From Promethearchaeota archaeon (GTDB lineage Archaea > Asgardarchaeota > Lokiarchaeia > Sigyniarchaeales > SOKP01), in contig JAFGGO010000024.1 in the NCBI GenBank assembly GCA_016930515.1, positions 1-18,649 of the forward strand: a stretch of 18,649 nucleotides of DNA, read 5' to 3'. Below the pieces are notes generated by a model. The model saw only the letters and a program-made list of their open reading frames with translations. It searched no databases and was not told the DNA's origin. Below are positions 9,447-16,944 of the stretch, one piece after another (position 1 is the first letter of the stretch; every line of letters begins with the position of its first letter). A program made the translations under genes and the position numbers.

Positions 9447-9931
9447 CCCATTACATCTATATTTTCCAATCTTTGAAATATCGCATATCCTCTTTTTGCA
9501 AAATCGTAATCCAAGAGTTCAATTATTTCTGGAATGATTTTTAAAATGAGAGTTCTCTTTCCTTTAACTATTTTTTGGGCGCTTTCAAAATCATTGTCTC
9601 CTTTCCTTAAAAAGACTAAATTTTTTCGTCCCGAAGCCGTAATTTGCATGCCTTGTATTTTTCCAGTGTCCATGGGCGTATAAATTCCAATACTAACGAC
9701 TGGATTGTTTTCAATATTTTTTACCTTTCTTCCGGGCGATAACCCAACATAGATCGTGAAGTTGTCATCATCGCCATCTTTTGTCATATAAAAGTCCATT
9801 GGAGTTGCTCTAGGAACATTTTCAGAACACGTGCATAGTACTAAAGCTTTTCTCGCATCTAAAAAAGCCTTAATTTCTTTTTTTAATTCGTTTAACGGCA
9901 TTTGTTTCAGTTCGGAATTCACGAAGTTCAC
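9443..9931 (-). CDS. Pyridoxamine 5'-phosphate oxidase-like FMN-binding split-barrel protein
   Basis: LVLCTCSENVPRATPMDF, RKVKNIENNPVVSI and GMQITASG patterns. GTG start. The stop overlaps the convergent GTPase stop (TTAA 9443-9446). Confidence 0.8.
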   Translation of the reverse strand: MNFVNSELKQMPLNELKKEIKAFLDARKALVLCTCSENVPRATPMDFYMTKDGDDDNFTIYVGLSPGRKVKNIENNPVVSIGIYTPMDTGKIQGMQITASGRKNLVFLRKGDNDFESAQKIVKGKRTLILKIIPEIIELLDYDFAKRGYAIFQRLENIDVMG

Positions 9932-9939
9932 CTTTAGAG

Positions 9940-10746
9940 TTAGGTAGGTTCTTTCAAATATTTTTTTTTGTTTTTTTTTGTTTTTCCTCCACTTGGAGAA
10001 TAAAATAAACCATCTAAGGCTAGATCATCTTGAACGACCATAGCAATTACTAATACAATTACAATAATCAAGAAAATAAGCGATATCAATAAAAGAGAGA
10101 AAATTATCCTAAAAACTACATATATCCAATAATCTCCTTTCATTTTTGACGATAAAGAGATCCCATAAAATAGAATCACTATTGTGGCAGTTATCATGAC
10201 CAATGTAGATACTGCGATTAATATAGGATTCGATACGCCGTAGATCACTAAAAAAAGGATTTCCAAGCATATTATGCCAATAACAAAAATTAATACATGA
10301 AGAAAAATGTATTTCCTTTTGAAAAAATTCCATCTAAAAATAATTCCCATAAAAAAAACAATTAATGTTCCTCCAAACACGAGAGATACAAAAGCATTAA
10401 CATATGTTTTTAAGGCTTGATCGAGCACGATTATCATTGAAATTGGAACCGGAATCGTTCCTGCCGTAAAAGCAAATGAAAGATAGAAAAAAATTCCATA
10501 AAACTCATTTCCACTTCTTGATGAAACATAAAATAGTAGAAAAAGCACTCCATTTAAGATAGTCATAACGATATAAAATACAAGGAAAAATTCTTGCGAT
10601 AGTATCGTTTGAGAAACAAATATATAATTAAATAAAACCTGACTAATCAACCAGATTGCCGATCCTGTAAAAAGTACGGGGAGCACCTTATAAACAAAAA
10701 TCATGCGATCTGAATCCGCAAATTCGAATCGAAAAGCCATTTTCAA
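9940..10746 (-). CDS. Polytopic membrane protein with weak resemblance to the Bax inhibitor-1/YccA family
   Basis: About 7 hydrophobic helices. FVYKVL, FAFTAG..VPI and AF...FGGTLIVF recall BI-1 segments. Lys-rich C-terminal tail. Start is TTG 10746 or ATG 10740. The family assignment is tentative. Confidence 0.6.
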   Translation of the reverse strand: MKMAFRFEFADSDRMIFVYKVLPVLFTGSAIWLISQVLFNYIFVSQTILSQEFFLVFYIVMTILNGVLFLLFYVSSRSGNEFYGIFFYLSFAFTAGTIPVPISMIIVLDQALKTYVNAFVSLVFGGTLIVFFMGIIFRWNFFKRKYIFLHVLIFVIGIICLEILFLVIYGVSNPILIAVSTLVMITATIVILFYGISLSSKMKGDYWIYVVFRIIFSLLLISLIFLIIVIVLVIAMVVQDDLALDGLFYSPSGGKTKKNKKKYLKEPT

Positions 10747-10843
10747 TATAATTATTTTTATTTTAACACAGTTCTTTTCTTCATATTAAAATAGGTTCAA
10801 AAATAAAATTTACTCTTGAAAATTTAATCAAATAAGAGAAGTT

Positions 10844-12043
10844 TTATGGACAATCCATAGCAGATCGAACATATGGGGAAATAGGGCCGCTTCCGAGAAC
10901 CATTATTTTAACAGACTTTCCCATCGCAGGATCAACGCTCGTTCCGAGTTTCAAGTTAGCACCTGCAGGAATCTCTTCTGTGATGGTTGAAGCTATTTTG
11001 TTAACATTTGTCAAAGAAAGCCTATGATCGCCTGTAACAGAAACAAGACAATTATTTACTCTTTTAGTATTAGGCTTCAAGAGAGGGTTATGCAAGGCTA
11101 ATTTCGATTTTTTCACGAGGTCTTCTTCCTTTCCTAACGATTCAGTAATTCCGATCAATCCAGAGGGGTAATTTCCCGTTTTATTAAACACTTTTTTGAT
11201 GTCTGCGAAGTCGATGTTCATGATACCGCAATTATTTATGAGGTCTACTGTTTCCCTGATTCCTTTTACCAATACCTCATCCATTACTTTGAAACACGTC
11301 AACATCGGAGCTTTAGGTAGGAATTGCAATAAATTATCGTTAGGAATGGGTATAATAGTGTCTGAATATTGCGCTAAGCTCTTAAGACCGAATTTTGCCC
11401 TTTGTCTTCTATTATTACCTTCAGCTTTAAATGGGATCGAGCAGAAACTGACGACGATGGCGTTGTTTTTTTTTGCCTCTCTCGCAATTATGGGTGCCGC
11501 TCCTGTTCCAGTCCCTCCGCCCAGACCACAGGTGAGGAATACGATGTCCGTATTCAAGAGTTCGCCCAGTCTCTCGCAATCCTCTTCAGCAGCTTTTTCT
11601 CCAATTGTGGGATCATTTCCAGAACCTAATCCATTACATCGTTCTTTACCAATGAGAATTTTTTTATTAGCATTAGAATAAAACAAATCATGAGCGTCTG
11701 TATTGATGTTAACGGTATCTGCGTTATTTATTCCCAATTCGCTCAACCTACTCACGGTGTTGTTTCCTGCACCACCAACACCTACAACCAGAGACTTAAT
11801 TTTCAAGCATTTCAGCAACTCCGCCAGATACGAATCGTTATCGAATGTTTGATTTGGGTATTGATTTCTCGTCTGACGAGAAAGTTCTTTAAAACTCGAT
11901 CTCGTGGATATTCTTGACGAAGGAACACACGATTCCATTATTTTTGTCGAAACTGACACTTCATTTCCTTTAAATACTTGTAATGAACCCGGGTTGGGAA
12001 GTAAAAGCTTTGAAGAAGGTTTATTATTATCTGGTGCGTTCAT
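10844..12043 (-). CDS. ftsZ: Cell division protein FtsZ
   Basis: VGVGGAGNN, INTD, GLGSGNDP, tubulin signature GLGGGTGTGAAP, PFKAEG, IPND and T7 loop NIDFAD. Confidence 0.95.
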   Translation of the reverse strand: MNAPDNNKPSSKLLLPNPGSLQVFKGNEVSVSTKIMESCVPSSRISTRSSFKELSRQTRNQYPNQTFDNDSYLAELLKCLKIKSLVVGVGGAGNNTVSRLSELGINNADTVNINTDAHDLFYSNANKKILIGKERCNGLGSGNDPTIGEKAAEEDCERLGELLNTDIVFLTCGLGGGTGTGAAPIIAREAKKNNAIVVSFCSIPFKAEGNNRRQRAKFGLKSLAQYSDTIIPIPNDNLLQFLPKAPMLTCFKVMDEVLVKGIRETVDLINNCGIMNIDFADIKKVFNKTGNYPSGLIGITESLGKEEDLVKKSKLALHNPLLKPNTKRVNNCLVSVTGDHRLSLTNVNKIASTITEEIPAGANLKLGTSVDPAMGKSVKIMVLGSGPISPYVRSAMDCP

Positions 12044-12095
12044 TGTTATCGTTTAAAATTCTATTGTTCTATCTTATGTATCACTCAAATCATAC

Positions 12096-12167
12096 CCGAA
12101 TAATATATGCGAGTAATATCAAGATAACACGCCAATAATATTTTAATAACACGCTCTTCCGAATAAT
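12096..12167. repeat. Two pairs of 9-bp direct repeats upstream of ftsZ
   Basis: ATAACACGC at 12124-12132 and 12146-12154 (22-bp period). CCGAATAAT at 12096-12104 and 12159-12167 (63-bp period). Confidence 0.5.
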
Positions 12168-12219
12168 TCGATCGAAAAAACGACATTGAAAAATTGAATT
12201 AACCATACACTTTAAATAC

Positions 12220-12480
12220 CTAATCAACAATCGTTGCAGAAAATCTTGACATTTCTATCCATTTTTTCTTGCATCTCTTCAAGATAAAAAGATGCCTTGA
12301 TGACCAACAACGGACGGTCTTGAGCACGACATTTAACCCTGCTGAAATTGCTAATCGTCGATGTCCTACTGGCGTTCTCACGCAGGAAATCTTTTCTTGA
12401 GCGTCCCAACGGCGAAATGTCTTGATGCTCACGCCTAGTAAGATGGCGACGGTTCCAATGGCGTATATGAATGATTGCAT
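12220..12480 (-). mobile_element. IS607-family TnpA-like MerR-type winged-HTH ORF, truncated (IS remnant)
   Basis: YAIGTVAILLGVSIKTFRRWDAQEKISCVRTPVGHRR matches the IS607 TnpA N-terminal pattern (A..LGVS..TLRRW...GKI...RTPGGHRR). No serine-recombinase YARVS motif follows in this ORF. An AGGAG RBS sits at 12487-12491. Confidence 0.7.
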
Positions 12481-12681
12481 TAGATACTCCTATTTAAATG
12501 AGTTGAACACGTGAATCGCACGAGGATTTAAATACTGCCCAGATTTGACTCGATGATTGGAAACTATGAATTAGCCTCATTCAACATTGAAATCGTTCGT
12601 GTCATGAGAATGAAAATCATTACATTGTCTACATTTAAATACGAACATTTCCATGTATACTACGTCAAGGAGCATCATAAA

Positions 12682-12924
12682 ATGGACATAGACGGTTCAA
12701 AAGAAAAAAGCGTGGAGGCGCTGAAAAAGGAACATGTTCCACCGAACCTCATAATAGTGAGAGCTATAATGCAATGTAAGACTTGTGGAACAAAGAAAAG
12801 GTTTCGAAATCAATTTTTTCGAAAAGATTTAGAGCTCATGGTAGTTGCATTGAAAGTGTTTGATTGGATGACCTGTCAGCGCTGTGGTGAGCTTTTTAAA
12901 CTCGACTTAGAGTTTTCTATTTAA
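12682..12924 (+). CDS. Small zinc-ribbon protein (two CxxC)
   Basis: CKTC and CQRC motifs. ATG 12682 is preceded by AAGGAG (12667-12672) and TTTAAATA (12634-12641), so the ORF-track start at 12553 is less likely. Confidence 0.75.
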   Translation: MDIDGSKEKSVEALKKEHVPPNLIIVRAIMQCKTCGTKKRFRNQFFRKDLELMVVALKVFDWMTCQRCGELFKLDLEFSI

Positions 12925-12975
12925 AATAATACCAATAAATATAGAAAATTATTTCTGTTTTTGGTAGTAACTTCA

Positions 12976-14289
12976 TCATTCTATTTCGAATTTAAGCTCA
13001 CCGTAAGAACCCCCCCCTCCAGGAGTGTATTCTATTTCCCCGCTTCGCAAGGCGGAGATTATTTGTGCTATGTTTTCGTCCTTCTTTTTTATTTCCTTCA
13101 AGGGTACATCAATTAAAATCGAGAATTCTGTCCCGAGAGTGTTTATTAAATCGTTATATGTTTTTAGCACGGTTTTACTCGTGTGGCTTTTAATACCCTT
13201 TACCGTACGCACGACATCCACGAGCGGTATTATATTTATGTAAGGAGGTCTATGATTTGGATGAATAGGATGGTCGTGATCGGATATAACCTGAATGCGC
13301 TCACTCACACCCAATCTAATCTTATGTTTCTTGTTCAATTCTTCTGCACACGCAGGACACGTGATTTTATTTTTTGAAACATTTATAACATAATCATCGT
13401 GGGCTTTTTTAAGGTCTGAAGCATATATCGTGATAAAATCGTCCGAAATCGAAGTCGTATTTAGTATAGAAGTTGCTGCTTTTTTTTGCGTTTCAAAGAC
13501 AACGCGACGTCGACAATTGTTACAAAACATGATATAATACTTACCAAGTTTCGGATCGAGCCCAACATTGAGCGTGATTTTTCGACCATCCTTCCTTTCT
13601 AAGGCGAGACGAATCTCGTCGAACGAAGGGTTATCTAAATCAAATCTATTGAACTCTCGTCCCAAGGAGCGTGCCGATTGCGAATGGGCATCCGAGTTGC
13701 TTAAGAAAGAAATATTCTTCAAGCAATCCATTTTATCAGCAAGGTCCGTGTTCGCCGATAATCCCAACTCTAAAAAAGAGATTTTACTTACAGAATCTTG
13801 ATAACACTCCGAGAGAGTTTCGAACTTGTTTTGCCTGAATATTGCCTTAAAGGGCGTAAAAGCGTGAGCGGGACCGATCATCGCCCCCGAATCGGTTACT
13901 AAATCTACAAGTTCAGGAGGAGACAGGTTCACGATCGGTCTACCACCCCAATCTCCCATAATGTTACTCGAATGTGGTTTTAATTTGGACTGTACCTCTC
14001 GAACGGAATCAAAATCGGGAAAAAAAACGACCTCGTGCACGCTATCGGCGTCTTCTATCTCCGATTGCAGGATAAAATTAACCTCTTTATAGGAATACGC
14101 ACCACTCCCGTTCTTTTCGAGCTTGGATTTGGCGTATTTTAACCATTTTGGTTGCAATATGTCTCCCGTCCCTAGAATGTTCAATCCTTTTTTCTTGCAG
14201 GTTTCTATCATAGTATCAAAATCGAGCGATTTAGAAACAGCAATTGAGTGTGGGGAATGCACGTGCAAGTCGGCGTTAAAACTATCCAT
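12976..14289 (-). CDS. endoQ: Endonuclease Q (PHP domain + Zn finger; TIGR00375-like), damaged-base DNA repair
   Basis: DLHVHS, GTGD, GPAHAFTP, ELGLSA, SNSDAHS, GREFN, GKY..C..C, CPAC, GVSERI, RPPY, PGGGGSYG. Confidence 0.9.
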   Translation of the reverse strand: MDSFNADLHVHSPHSIAVSKSLDFDTMIETCKKKGLNILGTGDILQPKWLKYAKSKLEKNGSGAYSYKEVNFILQSEIEDADSVHEVVFFPDFDSVREVQSKLKPHSSNIMGDWGGRPIVNLSPPELVDLVTDSGAMIGPAHAFTPFKAIFRQNKFETLSECYQDSVSKISFLELGLSANTDLADKMDCLKNISFLSNSDAHSQSARSLGREFNRFDLDNPSFDEIRLALERKDGRKITLNVGLDPKLGKYYIMFCNNCRRRVVFETQKKAATSILNTTSISDDFITIYASDLKKAHDDYVINVSKNKITCPACAEELNKKHKIRLGVSERIQVISDHDHPIHPNHRPPYINIIPLVDVVRTVKGIKSHTSKTVLKTYNDLINTLGTEFSILIDVPLKEIKKKDENIAQIISALRSGEIEYTPGGGGSYGELKFEIE

Positions 14290-14477
14290 GAATTAGGTAA
14301 ACCACGCTTCAATATAAAGTTTAATTCATACGAGGTTAACAATTACAAGAATTATAAAAATAATAGAGAAATGAGAAATCATTGAAAAAAAGCAAAATTA
14401 ATTGAATGCTTTTTAAGTTCCTAATTTTCCACTTTCTATTTTTTCCAATTCATTTATTGAAGATTTTCTTCAATGCT

Positions 14478-14996
14478 TTAACTGTTGTTTTTAATTTTTT
14501 CTGTTAAAATTGCACTTTTTTCTATCAGATCTTTTTTCATTTTCTCGGAAGATCTTCCCCTCGTAAAGATGCTTATAATTCCGCCGATTATTATTAAGAA
14601 TGGATCTACAAAGAATCCCGAAGCACTAAGAGTCACTTGTAAGAAATCTCCCCCCAATTTCCGTTAGATCGATGAAACCAATAAGTATAAATGGACCTAT
14701 TAATGATACAATCCCAATAATTAAACAGATAATACCTAAGAGCCTCTTTTTAAATGCTACAAACGCACCACTTAGAGCTCCAATTCAAAAGAGCACTGTA
14801 AATATAACTCTTATATAAGGTAAGAATGAATCTACAGAGAGAGTGTCCCACTATACATCTATTGATTTCATTAACAGTTCAATTTGGAATATTAAACCGA
14901 AACATAAAATACCCACTATTAACGAACAAATCCAATCGTGGATAAAATGGGACCAGCCGTTGATTTATAATTCTTTTTTGGTTTTTCATCTAACAT
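14478..14996 (-). pseudogene. Pseudogene; tandem paralog of membrane protein 15176..15703
   Basis: Manual translation from ATG 14996: MLDEKPKKNYKSTAGPILSTIGFV/LIVGILCFGLIFQIELLMKSIDV*WDTLSVDSFLPYIRVIFTVLF*IGALSGAFVAFKKRLLGIICLIIGIVSLIGPFILIGFIDLTEIG/GDFLQVTLSASGFFVDPFLIIIGGIISIF. This is colinear with the neighbour. Lesions are a frameshift at ~14922, TAG at 14851-14853, TGA at 14785-14787 and a frameshift in the C6 run at 14650-14655. The original 3' end may extend to ~14413. Confidence 0.85.
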
Positions 14997-15175
14997 AGTT
15001 GATATAGTAATTTAGTTTAAGCTATTTAAAAGAATGTGGTAAAAAAATAAATAGATTTAATATTTGAACTAGTTATAACTAGAATCGAACCGCATCTTTA
15101 TTTTTTAATCTATTCATTTTTACTTTCTCCAATTGATCTCTTCCAGATATTAAGCCGACGGATCGATTTCGTTTT

Positions 15176-15703
15176 CTAACTTTGTTCAAAACGGTGTAAT
15201 TTTTTCATCAGGTTTTCTCTTAATTCTTCAGCAGTTTTTTCCTTTTGATAAATACTAATAATTCCACCTGCGATAATCAAAAAAGGATCGAAAATCAATT
15301 CCCAGCTACTTAATGTTATCTCGTAGGCTCCTCGAGAAATAGTAGTCAAGTCGATATATCCTATTGAAACGAAGGGTGTTACGAGCGAAATAATACCTAT
15401 TAGAATACAAAACGCTCCCCCTAAAATTCGGAACTTGAGGGCCATAATTGCACCAATAAGAGCAACTATTCCAAGTACAAGAGTTGCAATACCACGAATG
15501 TAAAGTAAAGAACCATCGGCACCTATAGAAATCCACGATTCTCCATATATTTGAAGATCTCCTTCAATAGCATATATTAAACCAAATACAATAATACCCT
15601 CTATTATTAATAAAACAGCTCCTACCATCGAAATTATCTGCCCAAATTTTAGGTCATATTTTTGTAAGGTTTTATTAATATTTTTTTGCATAATAAATAT
15701 CAT
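15176..15703 (-). CDS. Uncharacterised ~4-TM membrane protein with charged C-terminal tail
   Basis: 175-aa ORF with four hydrophobic Gly-rich segments. A minus-strand TTTTAAATA TATA-like box lies at ~15744-15752. Confidence 0.8.
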   Translation of the reverse strand: MIFIMQKNINKTLQKYDLKFGQIISMVGAVLLIIEGIIVFGLIYAIEGDLQIYGESWISIGADGSLLYIRGIATLVLGIVALIGAIMALKFRILGGAFCILIGIISLVTPFVSIGYIDLTTISRGAYEITLSSWELIFDPFLIIAGGIISIYQKEKTAEELRENLMKKLHRFEQS

Positions 15704-15831
15704 CTCTAATCCGTGAATCTTGTTTTATTATCAATAAAATGGGTATTTAAAACTATGTCTAACAATTCTGAAGTAATATAGTTCTTGGACAATAATCCTA
15801 TAGATCTTTTAAAAAACAAATGCTGGAAAAA

Positions 15832-16869
15832 TTAAATCCGTATCATCATGTCAAACGTTTGATCCGTAAGTAAAATGCGATAATATTCTTGAATATTCTT
15901 GAATATCACTTTTTCGAGCTTACCTTCGATTATTACGAGTTCGTTTTCAATAGCGTGTTCGCAGAACCGCCCTCGAAACGAATTTACTTCGCGGAGATCA
16001 CCCAAGTTAAAAGGATGTAGATCAAGTGCTCCTTCCAACAGTTCAAGTGGTTTTATATGGTACGAACAAGGAGTAAATATCGAATCTGTTGAATCGAGAA
16101 TTTTTGCCTTCAATTTCACGCGTCCACAATCGATGTACTTATAATCATCGTAAGTTCCACCCCAATCTTCTGGAGTCTTGATATATCGCACGAAAAACTC
16201 GAACCCCTTGTACATACCTTGATGTAACTTCCTGCTTTCACAAGCCAGGAACTTATCGTAAGGAATTTTCGAACCGCCAACCCTCCAGTCGTAATGAACT
16301 TGATATTCTTGCTCGTTGTAAGGTCTACAAAAATTTTCTTGACTTGATAATATTTCTCTCAAATTTGATTGAAAGCGAAGGCTTTCTTTAGTTCCATAAA
16401 CAACGAGATCTATATCAGATTGATCCTTATTCAATCCAACCATAGGAGATCCTGAAATTCCGATCGATCCCCGTGGTATTTCACCTTCGGAAACAAAGAG
16501 CTCGCAAAGCTCTATAGAACACTTTTCTAATCGGGATAAATTGTTCTTTTTTTTTAATTCCGCGTAATAGTCTCTTGGTGTATAAATTTTGAGGATGTCA
16601 TCATTTTTTACACCTTGGAGTTCTAAACCAAGTTGATCTGAAAAAAAAACATATTTAGGATGGTTTTTTTTTAAAAAATTAGTTCTTTCTTCGAGGTTAT
16701 ATATTTTTTTATACTTAACACCGTCTTTCACGCGATCTCCACTTGGATCTGGATAAAATCGAACGAAACAAATCTTTCGATCTGGGGGATGGAGCAAGCC
16801 CTTTACATCGAAAAAAAGGTGTTCCTTTGTCTCCAAGTAATCTCCTTCTATTCCTTTAATGACATCCAT
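15832..16869 (-). CDS. Predicted DNA polymerase-beta-superfamily nucleotidyltransferase (archaeal COG1665-like)
   Basis: GISGS...SDIDLVVYG (hG[GS]...DhD) catalytic motif. N-terminal FDVKGLLHPPDR..FVRFYP and an OB-like C-terminal region (S.FTPC.Y ... SFRGRF ... GKLE). Confidence 0.8.
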   Translation of the reverse strand: MDVIKGIEGDYLETKEHLFFDVKGLLHPPDRKICFVRFYPDPSGDRVKDGVKYKKIYNLEERTNFLKKNHPKYVFFSDQLGLELQGVKNDDILKIYTPRDYYAELKKKNNLSRLEKCSIELCELFVSEGEIPRGSIGISGSPMVGLNKDQSDIDLVVYGTKESLRFQSNLREILSSQENFCRPYNEQEYQVHYDWRVGGSKIPYDKFLACESRKLHQGMYKGFEFFVRYIKTPEDWGGTYDDYKYIDCGRVKLKAKILDSTDSIFTPCSYHIKPLELLEGALDLHPFNLGDLREVNSFRGRFCEHAIENELVIIEGKLEKVIFKNIQEYYRILLTDQTFDMMIRI

Positions 16870-16944
16870 GTTATTAATTACTCAATTTTCGATAAGTCAA
16901 GTAATAAAATTAAAAATCAAAAATAAAGAGTTCACATTTTAAAA

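Noticed and set aside
12224-12409. 61-aa alternate-frame ORF as the continuation of IS607 TnpA
   Set aside because: It lacks the YARVS serine-recombinase motif and has no other recognisable similarity.
14785-14853. Selenocysteine or pyrrolysine recoding of the in-frame TGA and TAG
   Set aside because: They align to Gly and Ser in the intact paralog and co-occur with two frameshifts, which indicates ordinary pseudogenisation.
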